A stretch of 64,000 nt of DNA, from the UHGV virus genome UHGV-0332176; one strand, written 5' to 3'. The notes beneath the pieces are model-generated. The model saw only the letters and a list, made by a program, of their open reading frames with translations, searched no databases and had not been told where the DNA came from. This document shows, piece by piece, positions 38,844 through 48,760 of the stretch. Both the position numbers and the translations under genes were made by a program. Origin of the DNA: a virus. Every line of letters begins with the position of its first letter. Position 1 is the first letter of the stretch.

Positions 38844-40415
38844 CTATACAGGTGCATTTAATTTTTGAACGACTTCTTTTGCAAATGTTTTTAATAGTTT
38901 CAATACATAAGTATCTTCACCATTTTTCTTTTCCTTAATTTCTTCTCTTTCTTCCTCTGTTAAAGGTCTAAAAGGATTATCATTTTTAGACAAAGAAGCA
39001 TCAATTTGAAGTTGTCTATTTAACATATTAAATCCTGTTAAATTTGTAATAGCTTTATGACCACCTGACATTGTTTTAATAACATCAATTAAAGATACTC
39101 GTTGATTATTCATAAATCTAATCATTCTCATTGATTGTTCAGCACGAGCAGGATTCATATTTTCACACCAATATTTTGACATTCTTAAACTCATTGAACG
39201 ACTTATTTTATTTTCAGGGTCAACATCAAATTCTGTTCTACAATTTTTAAAAATACTTTCAAAATCTAAAATATTAAAACCAATACAATATTTTTCTTTA
39301 ACATCTTCAATATTTCTTTCAAATTCTGATTTTAATGCCAATAATGAAACTGATTTATTATTCAGCCATTGAGTTTTTGAAAATTGATTTAAAAACATAT
39401 CGTGTAAAACAATTTTTCCTAAATCAACATTATCATTAACAGTAAGATTCCACGGATTACGAGATACTTGCATCATACCAATTTCATCCCAAATCATAAT
39501 AAAATATTTTGCTTGTGGAAAAATTCTAAAAGCTGTATAACGTTCATATGAACCAATTCTTTTCATATAACCACCACCAACTTGTACAATACAATCACCA
39601 ATTAAAATTGATTGCCCATTTTTCAATGTATTAATGTCTTCACAATTTAAACTTACTTTACTTTTATTTTTTTGGTCTTCAAAATATTTTTCAACATTTT
39701 CATTAATTTCAGTTGGTAATTTATATATTCTATAATCTTCACTATGATTATCAATAGTCCATTTTAATAACTGATTATAAATTGATTCTAATGATGGTTT
39801 ACAATTCATAACTAAATTAGTTAACCACGCATTTCTATTTTTATATGTAAGTAATAATTTATTACAAGCTAATGCCATTTCTAAATGACGCTTAAAATTA
39901 TCTTTATTTTTATCACATTTAAAAACTGCATTACCAACTTCTTTTGGATTAATATTATATTCAACAAAACTTGCTGAATCAATCATATCAATTGCTTTCT
40001 CATCATCACTTGAAAAAATACCATTTCCAATAATTGAAGAAATTGTTGATGCATTAGATTTAGAATGTCTAAAATGAACAGATGCATCATTATAAACTAT
40101 CTGACTTTGATGATGGTCGGTATGTATTTGAATAAATGGTTTTCCGTGTGAAAAATCAACCATTACTCCCATATTTCCTTCTTCAGGAGCAGAAATATTA
40201 TATTCATCACTTCCATAATTTAATTTATGGGCAGCAACAACTTTAATTCCATAACTATTAAGATATTCTTTCATAGCTAATGCACTTGTTACACCATCTA
40301 AATCAATATGAAAATAAATTTCTGCTTGCTTATATTTTTTAGCTAATTTTTTAATATTTCTAATACCAGACATTTTACTTCTTTCATTAAAATTAATATT
40401 ATCATTAAAATACAA
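38844..40415 (-). CDS. DHH/DHHA1-family phosphoesterase (NrnA/RecJ-like nuclease or nucleotide phosphodiesterase), 523 aa
   Basis: DHH motif I HIDLDGVTSA, motif III IHTDHHQ, and a C-terminal DHHA1-like SGGH motif. Confidence 0.6.
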   Translation of the reverse strand: MYFNDNINFNERSKMSGIRNIKKLAKKYKQAEIYFHIDLDGVTSALAMKEYLNSYGIKVVAAHKLNYGSDEYNISAPEEGNMGVMVDFSHGKPFIQIHTDHHQSQIVYNDASVHFRHSKSNASTISSIIGNGIFSSDDEKAIDMIDSASFVEYNINPKEVGNAVFKCDKNKDNFKRHLEMALACNKLLLTYKNRNAWLTNLVMNCKPSLESIYNQLLKWTIDNHSEDYRIYKLPTEINENVEKYFEDQKNKSKVSLNCEDINTLKNGQSILIGDCIVQVGGGYMKRIGSYERYTAFRIFPQAKYFIMIWDEIGMMQVSRNPWNLTVNDNVDLGKIVLHDMFLNQFSKTQWLNNKSVSLLALKSEFERNIEDVKEKYCIGFNILDFESIFKNCRTEFDVDPENKISRSMSLRMSKYWCENMNPARAEQSMRMIRFMNNQRVSLIDVIKTMSGGHKAITNLTGFNMLNRQLQIDASLSKNDNPFRPLTEEEREEIKEKKNGEDTYVLKLLKTFAKEVVQKLNAPV

Positions 40416-40476
40416 TATCTTTTAAATTTGTCAAGTATTTTATTTATAAATATTTAATATAATTAAAGGGGCATTA

Positions 40477-41838
40477 ATGAATATTTTATTAGAGCAATTA
40501 TTAATGAGTGAATTTACATTTGGTTTTGAATTAGAAGCCTATGTTGACCCATATAAAATTCCATTAAAAAATAATGAAAAATGGGAAAATATTAAACATT
40601 TTCCAACAAATAAAGTAATAACTTATATTGATAAACCATCCCTATTTAAAAATTTAGAATATTTTTTTAAAAATAATTTTTTTGGAATTAATAGTAATTT
40701 AACAGTTGAAGAAGATAATTCATTAAAATATAATGGATTTGAAATGCAATCTCCTGTTTTTAATTTAACTCCATTAAATATTTCACAATGTATAAAATTT
40801 TTATCTTCATTAAATAAAAATGAATATAAAATTTATACTGATAATAGTTGTGGTTTTCATACTCATTTTGCTTTTCCCGAAATAACTCCTGAAGATATAT
40901 ATTGGATTGAATGTCATTTGGCATTAGATAATCAAATGAAAGAAATTTTATCTTCAATTACAACAGAAGATAATGTAACTATTAATTTTATCACCGAAAA
41001 ATATTCTTCAGATGAATATTTAGATGATTTAAAAAATGCTATATTAAATGATAATTTTGAAGAAATTGCATATATTATGTCAGAAGAAAAAATGAGATTG
41101 TTAAGAAATCATCCTCAAGGAACTATTGAATGGAGAGGTCCAAGAAATTTTCTAAATAAACAAAATGTTAATGACATTAAAACATTTTTTATGAAAATAT
41201 ATACTTTTGCAAAATGGATTTCTGAAATATTAGATAAAAAAGAAATTAATGGCTATGATAAACAAACATTTTTAAATTTAATTAATGAATTTCATCCTCA
41301 ATACAAAAAAACATTTAAAAAATCATCAAAAATTGAAAAAATTATTGATAAAATCATTAATAAACCATCTTCTTTATTATATGCAAATTTTTCTTTACAC
41401 GATACTATTGATATTATTGATAAACTTTTTAAAAAATTAGGAGCAGAAAAATTTAATTCATTTATTATGAATTTTGCAACACGTGAAATTCCATCAAAAG
41501 TTTTAACAGGAATTTTAATGGTTGACCCAACTTTTTTTCGTTATTCTATTCAACATCAATCATTGCCAATTAAAGAATTAAATATAATAAATCCATTTTA
41601 TATTGCAGATATTTTTGAACAAAATAAAAAATATATTTCATTAAACGACATAAAAGATATTATTGAAAATGGAGAATTAACATATTTAACGATTTTTCCA
41701 ATTCTTTCAGAAATTTCAAAAAAACTCCATAAAAATATTTTTACTAAAAAAATATTATCAGCAATTTCACTAAAATATAATGTACCATATAATGAAGTTG
41801 TTCAAGATGCACAAGAATTTATTATTGAATTTCATTAA
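40477..41838 (+). CDS. Hypothetical protein, possibly GS-like amidoligase (FGFELE ... GFHTH motifs), 453 aa
   Basis: N-terminal FGFELEAY and CGFHTHFAF resemble the phage-associated amidoligase signature. The assignment is weak. Confidence 0.25.
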   Translation: MNILLEQLLMSEFTFGFELEAYVDPYKIPLKNNEKWENIKHFPTNKVITYIDKPSLFKNLEYFFKNNFFGINSNLTVEEDNSLKYNGFEMQSPVFNLTPLNISQCIKFLSSLNKNEYKIYTDNSCGFHTHFAFPEITPEDIYWIECHLALDNQMKEILSSITTEDNVTINFITEKYSSDEYLDDLKNAILNDNFEEIAYIMSEEKMRLLRNHPQGTIEWRGPRNFLNKQNVNDIKTFFMKIYTFAKWISEILDKKEINGYDKQTFLNLINEFHPQYKKTFKKSSKIEKIIDKIINKPSSLLYANFSLHDTIDIIDKLFKKLGAEKFNSFIMNFATREIPSKVLTGILMVDPTFFRYSIQHQSLPIKELNIINPFYIADIFEQNKKYISLNDIKDIIENGELTYLTIFPILSEISKKLHKNIFTKKILSAISLKYNVPYNEVVQDAQEFIIEFH

Positions 41839-41839
41839 T

Positions 41840-41868
41840 AAAAAGAGGGATAAAAATCCCTCTTTTTT
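41840..41868. terminator. Bidirectional terminator hairpin (AAAAGAGGGATAAAAATCCCTCTTTTTT)
   Basis: Palindrome with flanking T-runs between convergent genes. Confidence 0.6.
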
Positions 41869-42442
41869 AAACTATTTGAATTCTTAATAAGTAATCAAAT
41901 ACCAATGTAATATTTGAAGTTTTAGATATTGGATAATGGCAAATATGAGTTATTAAATCACCTTTGCTTGTTCTCAATCCCACTTCAGAAAATGTATATT
42001 CCGAAATAATTTGTGAATCATTATTTAAAACATTTTGTTCAGTTGGCTCACCTTTTTCTAATGTACAATGAACTAAAATATCCGAAAATACATTACCAGT
42101 AACGTGAGATACTGTCATATAATTACGAGTTTTCTCTAAATTATCAGTTATAGAATGTTGGTCAACAACTTTATAATATGTTTCATTATATAAAGAAGCT
42201 GTACGACCAATTGTTTGTGGTGTACTATATAAAAATTCATTTGATGCATTTACACGAACACCACCATTACCAAATACTAATTGAGTAATATAACCACCAT
42301 TATTTGATAATGAATTAGCTAATGCAATTGAAAAATTTTCAGGGTGAATATCATTATGAACATCTAATAAAACTTTTCCTGTTTCTTCTTCGTGAATTCT
42401 TAAATGACCTTTAATTTTTGGTTGACCATAATCTTTAAACAT
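41867..42442 (-). CDS. Hypothetical protein, 191 aa
   Basis: ORF. Confidence 0.4.
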   Translation of the reverse strand: MFKDYGQPKIKGHLRIHEEETGKVLLDVHNDIHPENFSIALANSLSNNGGYITQLVFGNGGVRVNASNEFLYSTPQTIGRTASLYNETYYKVVDQHSITDNLEKTRNYMTVSHVTGNVFSDILVHCTLEKGEPTEQNVLNNDSQIISEYTFSEVGLRTSKGDLITHICHYPISKTSNITLVFDYLLRIQIV

Positions 42443-42500
42443 AAATTATCCTTTATTACATATACAAATATTTATTATTAAAAGATTATAAAAAATAATT

Positions 42501-42525
42501 TGTGGATATTTATTAAATATCCACA
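42501..42525 (+). promoter_or_regulatory. Conserved 5' hairpin (11-bp stem, loop ATT) followed by AAAGGGG SD, preceding paralog B
   Basis: TGTGGATATTTATTAAATATCCACA. Same loop and downstream AAAGGGG as at 35514, with compensatory stem substitutions. Confidence 0.5.
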
Positions 42526-42538
42526 AAGGGGATAAATG

Positions 42539-42880
42539 ATGGCTGATATAAGTAAAATAGATATGGAAAGAATCAATGGATTAATTGATAAATTAAATTC
42601 AATGAAATATGTTATTGAAACTTTATCAGAAGAAAATAATTGGTATAGAATTTGGTCAGATGGTTGGATTGAACAAGGTGGTTATATGCCAGCAGGAATT
42701 TCTGATACAATAACATTTATAAAACCGTTTACAAATACTGAATATTTTTCTGTTTTTACACCATATAAAAATATGGGGTCACACATTGTATATATAAAAT
42801 CCAAATATAATGATAGAATTTCAATATATAATGGAGATAGTAAAGAAAATCCAATTTCTTGGTATGCTTGTGGATATTAA
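42539..42880 (+). CDS. Small protein, paralog B (MADISKIDMERINGL...WYACGY), 113 aa from the second ATG
   Basis: The ORF track starts at 42536 (MMAD). The ATG at 42539 gives the same N-terminus as paralog A and better SD spacing (AAAGGGG, 7 nt). Confidence 0.6.
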   Translation: MADISKIDMERINGLIDKLNSMKYVIETLSEENNWYRIWSDGWIEQGGYMPAGISDTITFIKPFTNTEYFSVFTPYKNMGSHIVYIKSKYNDRISIYNGDSKENPISWYACGY

Positions 42881-42908
42881 AAAAGAGAGGATTAATCCTC
42901 TCTTTTTT
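42879..42908. terminator. Bidirectional terminator hairpin (AAAAAGAGAGGATTAATCCTCTCTTTTTT), near-identical to the one at 17681
   Basis: Palindrome with T-runs. Confidence 0.6.
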
Positions 42909-45045
42909 AACCGTGTAATGAATCATCAATAAATGTTCTACGTTGAAATTCCCAATTTCTTCTTGTTGGATTCCACGAATCAACGGGAACAAAGAAACCA
43001 ACAACACGAGTAAAATATTGCATATGTTCATTATGACCACATTTTGAACAACTTGCAACTTTATGGTCATAAACAGCACCGCATTTTGGACATTTTGAAT
43101 ATACTGAATTTAATACAAAATGTTCACAACCACATTTAATAGCATATAAAATAATTTTTCTATTTTGTGCAGATGTTGTTTTAGAACCCAATTGAGCGTG
43201 AACAATACCGCCACCTGTTAATAATTGATTATATTTGCCATCAGCTTCTAATTTTTCCCAAATAGTTGCATCTTCCCATAATGGAACAAATTGATTAGCA
43301 TATAATGGAGCATCAATAATATTTTCATTGAAAATTAAGTTATCAACAGTTGCTAATCTAACAGCATAAGATTCACCAGGAATTTGTTCAATATTAGAAA
43401 ATAAACCTAATTCTTTTGCATATTCAGCAGAATGTTTATTTAAATATACTAAATAATCATTCATAACATCTTGACCTTCAGTAATTTCATCTGCAAATTT
43501 AGTTTCAAGAATTTTCTTTGCTTCAACAACACCCAAAATACCAAATGTTGAAAATAATCTATCCATACGAATCCAGCCACGAGTAATAAATGGTTCAAGA
43601 CCTTTTTCTTCCATTTTACCAATTAATACTTTATGAGCTTTTAAAACTTTTGCTGCTCCACGAATTCTTTTATCAAGAATATGATAAAAATCCTCTAATG
43701 AATTTGCTTCATAAGCAATACGAGCAAAATTAATAGTTACAACACGGTGAGAACCCATTGAAACAGTTGAACCACCAAATGAATTTACAGAAGAACCCAT
43801 ATCAAGTAATTCAGCATCATTAATTAAACGACAACAAGATGCAACTTTTGTCCCCTTTGAAGTAAAAATATTAAATCTTGTAATATCTCGTTGACATACA
43901 AAATCAAAGAATTTTTCATCTAAAACATTACCTTCATCATCTTTTGATATATTCATAGTTGTAACAGGAAAACGATAAGGAATACCATTATTTAATGGGT
44001 CACCTTTTTCGTGAAATTTAGCATATATTTCTTGTAATTCACTAATATAATTAATGACAAATTCTTTCCATTCATCAGCAGACATCTTATCTTCTAAACC
44101 ATTATCAATAGCAATATCTTTTTTATTTGCAAAATACCATCCATAATTATCTTGACCTATTAAACCAGCTAATTTAACTCTATCAAATAAAGAAATATTA
44201 GTGAATGGAGATTCTACACCATTTCTTGATAAATGGTTTACTGAATGAACAAATGTTTGAAAACAATTTTCAATATATTTTCTCATTTTTGGGTCATTTT
44301 TAACAACTTCAAATGGAACACGTTGTTTATAAATTAAAATATGAGCAATATCAAGGAAAAATGTTCCAACAGCAATAGCACCTGCTAAATGTGAAGACAT
44401 TTGATGAACTGTTTCATCTAATGCTGAAATATAAGAATCAACTCTATGAACTGGTGCAGATGGTAATTGACCAAATTTACGACCTTCAAGAACTAATTTA
44501 GAAGCATCTAATGCCCAGCAGTAAGGAATTAAAATATTTGTAGAATCTGATAAACCTAATGAAAAATCATATAAATCACCTGATAATACTTTTGCTTCAG
44601 CTTGACCATATAAATCTTTCATAACACCATAAAGCATATGATAACCAATTAATTTACGGTTAGAAGCTGTAATTTCATTATTTACACCAGCAATTGTTTT
44701 TTCATTTTTATTAGAATTATCGTCAATAGATACATCATTAACACGAGAATCTAAAATTTTAGCAAAATTTGCCAAGGTATCAAAATTAGTTGCATCTAAT
44801 CCGTGAATTTTTAAAATTTTTGAAGTTAATTCTTTTAATTCACCATTTGAAAAACCATATTTCTTTTTCAATGCTGATGCTAATGTTTTTTTAATATTTT
44901 TAATAGTTCTTGTAGTTTCAGCATTAATTAAAATATCATCAGAAACTTTATCTAATTCTTTCTTAAAATCTTCATCTTCATAATAAGAATCAACAATTGT
45001 TGGACTCTTAACATTTAATATTTTTTTAACTGCCAATTCAGACAT
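42907..45045 (-). CDS. nrdD: Anaerobic ribonucleoside-triphosphate reductase (class III), 712 aa
   Basis: C-terminal Zn-ribbon CGCEHFVLNSVYSKCPKCG and glycyl-radical segment RVVGFF. Overall NrdD-like. Adjacent nrdG. Confidence 0.8.
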   Translation of the reverse strand: MSELAVKKILNVKSPTIVDSYYEDEDFKKELDKVSDDILINAETTRTIKNIKKTLASALKKKYGFSNGELKELTSKILKIHGLDATNFDTLANFAKILDSRVNDVSIDDNSNKNEKTIAGVNNEITASNRKLIGYHMLYGVMKDLYGQAEAKVLSGDLYDFSLGLSDSTNILIPYCWALDASKLVLEGRKFGQLPSAPVHRVDSYISALDETVHQMSSHLAGAIAVGTFFLDIAHILIYKQRVPFEVVKNDPKMRKYIENCFQTFVHSVNHLSRNGVESPFTNISLFDRVKLAGLIGQDNYGWYFANKKDIAIDNGLEDKMSADEWKEFVINYISELQEIYAKFHEKGDPLNNGIPYRFPVTTMNISKDDEGNVLDEKFFDFVCQRDITRFNIFTSKGTKVASCCRLINDAELLDMGSSVNSFGGSTVSMGSHRVVTINFARIAYEANSLEDFYHILDKRIRGAAKVLKAHKVLIGKMEEKGLEPFITRGWIRMDRLFSTFGILGVVEAKKILETKFADEITEGQDVMNDYLVYLNKHSAEYAKELGLFSNIEQIPGESYAVRLATVDNLIFNENIIDAPLYANQFVPLWEDATIWEKLEADGKYNQLLTGGGIVHAQLGSKTTSAQNRKIILYAIKCGCEHFVLNSVYSKCPKCGAVYDHKVASCSKCGHNEHMQYFTRVVGFFVPVDSWNPTRRNWEFQRRTFIDDSLHG

Positions 45046-45079
45046 TTAATTCTCCTTAATCTTATCTCATAAAAATATA

Positions 45080-45592
45080 TTATTTAAAATAGTATAAACC
45101 ATTTTCACTCAAACAACAATAATTTGAGTCAAAAAGTTTTTGATTAGTTGAAGCAAATTTCATATAATCATCAGTTTTTTCAGAAATTTGTGAAATTTTT
45201 TCATCATATAAACCACATTTTAAAAATGTAAATCCTGTAATATTTAATAATTTTACATATTCAACATCGTGTCCTGTATAAACACAAACTTCAAATGGTG
45301 ATTTTTCCAAAAATTCTTTTGTAAATTGATAATTAAAGCACGATAAAGGGTCGCCACCAGATAGTACAACTTTATTTGTATGATGTCTTTTTGATAAAAT
45401 TAATAATTCATTAATTAATTCATCAACTGTATATTCTTTTGTTTCTTCCTTAAAATCTGGATTTTTAAAACCTGGATTTTGACATTTCGGGCATCCGTTA
45501 TCACAACCCATCATTACAACAACTAAACTACAATTTTCTGTATCAGGATAATCAAGCCAAGTTGAAGTAATTGGTTGTAAAATTCGTGTCAT
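45080..45592 (-). CDS. nrdG: Anaerobic ribonucleotide reductase activating protein (radical SAM), 170 aa
   Basis: CDNGCPKC cluster (CxxxCxxC variant), LSGGDPL SAM motif, size and position beside nrdD. Confidence 0.75.
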   Translation of the reverse strand: MTRILQPITSTWLDYPDTENCSLVVVMMGCDNGCPKCQNPGFKNPDFKEETKEYTVDELINELLILSKRHHTNKVVLSGGDPLSCFNYQFTKEFLEKSPFEVCVYTGHDVEYVKLLNITGFTFLKCGLYDEKISQISEKTDDYMKFASTNQKLFDSNYCCLSENGLYYFK

Positions 45593-45710
45593 TTTTATTC
45601 TCCCTATCGTGAAATGTAATTATATTTATTATTGTTATGTATTTTTCTATTTACATTATTTTTACAAAAAATATAGTAAAATCAATGAGTTATTGTTTTG
45701 TCAATTTTTG

Positions 45711-46121
45711 TTATATAAAATTTTTTATACTGTCAATTAAAACTTGCGAAGTTATAACTTCCTTCAATCTTGGGTGTAATGGTTTGGGTGGATAGTCAAT
45801 ATCAACCCACGCATAACCATCATTTTCGTGATTTAATTTTGGTATAAATTCATTATCTGTTAATAATAAAAATGAATGATATTGAAATTTTTTATCCATT
45901 GATGTAAAACAATTAAAAGCAACCCATTTATTGATTTTTGGTAAAAAACCAATTTCTTCTTCAATTTCTCTTTCTAAACCTTCTAATAATAATTCATCGT
46001 GATGAACTTTACCACCAACTAACCCCCAACGAGAAGGATAAGAACTTATTGAACTTCTTAATAAAAACAAATATCTATTTGTATTAACAGATTTAATTAA
46101 TGCTCCTGCCGATTTTATCAT
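45711..46121 (-). CDS. Nudix hydrolase, 136 aa
   Basis: Nudix box GGKVHHDELLLEGLEREIEEEIG. Confidence 0.8.
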   Translation of the reverse strand: MIKSAGALIKSVNTNRYLFLLRSSISSYPSRWGLVGGKVHHDELLLEGLEREIEEEIGFLPKINKWVAFNCFTSMDKKFQYHSFLLLTDNEFIPKLNHENDGYAWVDIDYPPKPLHPRLKEVITSQVLIDSIKNFI

Positions 46122-46207
46122 TTTGACCTCATATTTTTCTTAATATTAACTCAAAATTAAATAGATTTTCAATAATAAATATCTATATTATATAAAGGTT
46201 AAAAAAT

Positions 46208-46981
46208 ATGATTACAGATAATACAAAAGCACGAGAAAAATTAGCTAACGATGTTTTAATTCGTCTTGGTGATACGATGATTGATGTTGAATTATCTCCT
46301 CAACAAATTCAAAAATGTATTGATTTAGCATTTGCTAAACTTAAACAACAAGGAGATGCGTTTGTTGAAGAATCATTAGTATTATTAACATTAAAGAAAA
46401 ATCAAAAAGAATATATTTTACCAGATGAAATTATTGAAATACAACAAATTTATCGTAGAAATTATGGAAGAACATATGGTTCAACTGGTGGTCAAAATAT
46501 AGACCCATTTCAAATGGCGTGGACAAATGTTTATATGGCTGGTGCAATTAATGGTGTAAGAACTGGTGGTTTAGTAACTTATGAATTACATAATGATTAT
46601 TTAAAAACAGCTGGTAAAATGTTTGGTATGTATATGAATTATACATTCAATGAAAATACTCATAAATTAATTTTAGCTGAAAATCCACGTGCCGATGATG
46701 AAGTTATTTTATTACATTCATATGTTGATAAGCCAGAATATGAATTAATTCAAGATAGATATGCAGGTTTATGGATAGAAAATTGGACATTAGCTGAAGC
46801 TAAAGAAATTCTTGGAACAATTCGTAATCGTTTTGGTAATTTACCAGGTCCAAATGGTACTGTTGTTCAAGATGGAGCTGAATTAAAACAAGAAGCTAAA
46901 ACAATGAAAGAAGAATTAACTAAAGATTTAATGAATTTTGTACCAGGTGGTGATATTCCACTTATGCCATTTTTAGGTTAG
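46208..46981 (+). CDS. Hypothetical protein, possibly neck/head-completion type virion protein, 257 aa
   Basis: ORF with SD upstream. No catalytic motifs. Confidence 0.3.
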   Translation: MITDNTKAREKLANDVLIRLGDTMIDVELSPQQIQKCIDLAFAKLKQQGDAFVEESLVLLTLKKNQKEYILPDEIIEIQQIYRRNYGRTYGSTGGQNIDPFQMAWTNVYMAGAINGVRTGGLVTYELHNDYLKTAGKMFGMYMNYTFNENTHKLILAENPRADDEVILLHSYVDKPEYELIQDRYAGLWIENWTLAEAKEILGTIRNRFGNLPGPNGTVVQDGAELKQEAKTMKEELTKDLMNFVPGGDIPLMPFLG

Positions 46982-46989
46982 GATTAAAA

Positions 46990-48693
46990 ATGAAATATAA
47001 TCATATATTAAATAAAACAATTAACAAATATAACAATGTATTATTTAAAAATGCTATCCTTTTTGAAGGAATTGAAGATTTAAAACGATATTTTCCAAAA
47101 TTAAATGATGAAACATTACATAAATTAGTTGCATTAGACCCAACATATAAAGGCGGAGACCAATTAGGAAAATATGGAAAATGGATTATTAAACTTTTTT
47201 ATAATACACTTAAAAATGATGAAAATAAAAAACAATATCAAGAATTATTAAAACAATATCCAGATGGAATTAATCCTAAAACAGGTCAAAAATTTCAAGA
47301 ACCCGTTAAATTACCATCTATTCAAAAAGAAGATTTATATAAATTAACCAATTCATTAAAACAATATGATATTTACAAAAAAGAAATTGGTAAACCTCTT
47401 GATGCTTTCAAAACATTGCCTGAATTAGATTCTGTATTATCTAATATCAAAAATCAAGGCATACCAACAAATGATTTAGCTTTAAAAAGATATAATATTT
47501 TTAAAAAAGGTGAAAGTAAAGGTTTAAAGAAAATTTATGAAGACAATAAATGGATAATTGGTATACCGACTACAAAAGAATCATCTTGTTTATTTGGAGA
47601 TGATACTTCTTGGTGTACAACTTCTCAAGGACAATATTATGACCATTATACTAAACAAGGTCCTTTATACATTAATTTAAATAAGGAAGATGGTAAATTA
47701 TATCAATTTCATTTTGAAACAGATTCATTTATGAACGAACACGATAATTCAATAGATATGGAAAATTTTTCAGAAGAAAATCCTCAACTTGTTGAATTTT
47801 ATAAAACATATTTAAATAAAAAGAATCAAGAAGAAACTCCAGAAGTTAAAACTAAACAAATAATTGAAGATAAAACAAAATTAAAAAATTATTTTGAAGA
47901 TGTTGAAATAACAAATGTTGATGACAATTATGTATATGGTAAAATGCGTGTAACAGATATTCCAAATAACGGAAATTCATACCTAGAATATTATGTATAT
48001 CAAGAACCAAGTTATAGAAATGATGATGCACTTTCTTTAGAAACTATTTCAAATATATTAGAAGATGGTGGTATTGATAATTGGTATGATGAAACAAATA
48101 TTAATGATTTAGAATATAATATCAGAGATATAAACTTTGATGAAAAAATGAAATCCTATAATATTAATTGGGATACAATTAAAGATATATACATAAATGA
48201 ATATACTGATGATTTACCAGAAAATATAACCAATAAAATATATGAATTATTTAATGATGTGGAACTTAATCCAGTTGATATATATCGTGACGCAACAAAA
48301 ATTGGAACTGATGATGAATATTATAAACTTGTAACTAATGGATTAATTGATAATTTACCATTAGATAATGAACAACCTTTTGACGGTCAAAATTTAAATA
48401 TTAAATTTCCAATAAAAGATATTACTGATTCTTTTAAAATTAGAGAAGAAGAATTTAATGAAGAAAAAAATGATTATCCTTGGTATAAACAATATAGTTT
48501 TGAATCAGATTATTATGGCGACCAATTAAATTATTGGTTATATAAATGGCGACAAATACATTACAATGAACCAGAATTTACTATTACAGAACCTCATTAT
48601 GGTGTAATGGGTTTTGACGATGAATTTTGGAAAAATGGTATGAAACATTTTATGGAAGAATTAATTACAATTTTAAATTCAAATAAAAAATAA
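46990..48693 (+). CDS. Hypothetical protein, 567 aa
   Basis: ORF. Confidence 0.4.
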   Translation: MKYNHILNKTINKYNNVLFKNAILFEGIEDLKRYFPKLNDETLHKLVALDPTYKGGDQLGKYGKWIIKLFYNTLKNDENKKQYQELLKQYPDGINPKTGQKFQEPVKLPSIQKEDLYKLTNSLKQYDIYKKEIGKPLDAFKTLPELDSVLSNIKNQGIPTNDLALKRYNIFKKGESKGLKKIYEDNKWIIGIPTTKESSCLFGDDTSWCTTSQGQYYDHYTKQGPLYINLNKEDGKLYQFHFETDSFMNEHDNSIDMENFSEENPQLVEFYKTYLNKKNQEETPEVKTKQIIEDKTKLKNYFEDVEITNVDDNYVYGKMRVTDIPNNGNSYLEYYVYQEPSYRNDDALSLETISNILEDGGIDNWYDETNINDLEYNIRDINFDEKMKSYNINWDTIKDIYINEYTDDLPENITNKIYELFNDVELNPVDIYRDATKIGTDDEYYKLVTNGLIDNLPLDNEQPFDGQNLNIKFPIKDITDSFKIREEEFNEEKNDYPWYKQYSFESDYYGDQLNYWLYKWRQIHYNEPEFTITEPHYGVMGFDDEFWKNGMKHFMEELITILNSNKK

Positions 48694-48760
48694 ATATTGT
48701 CATAATCATTCAATTTAATATATGATTGAAATAAAATTTTTATGTGGGAATTTATAATTT

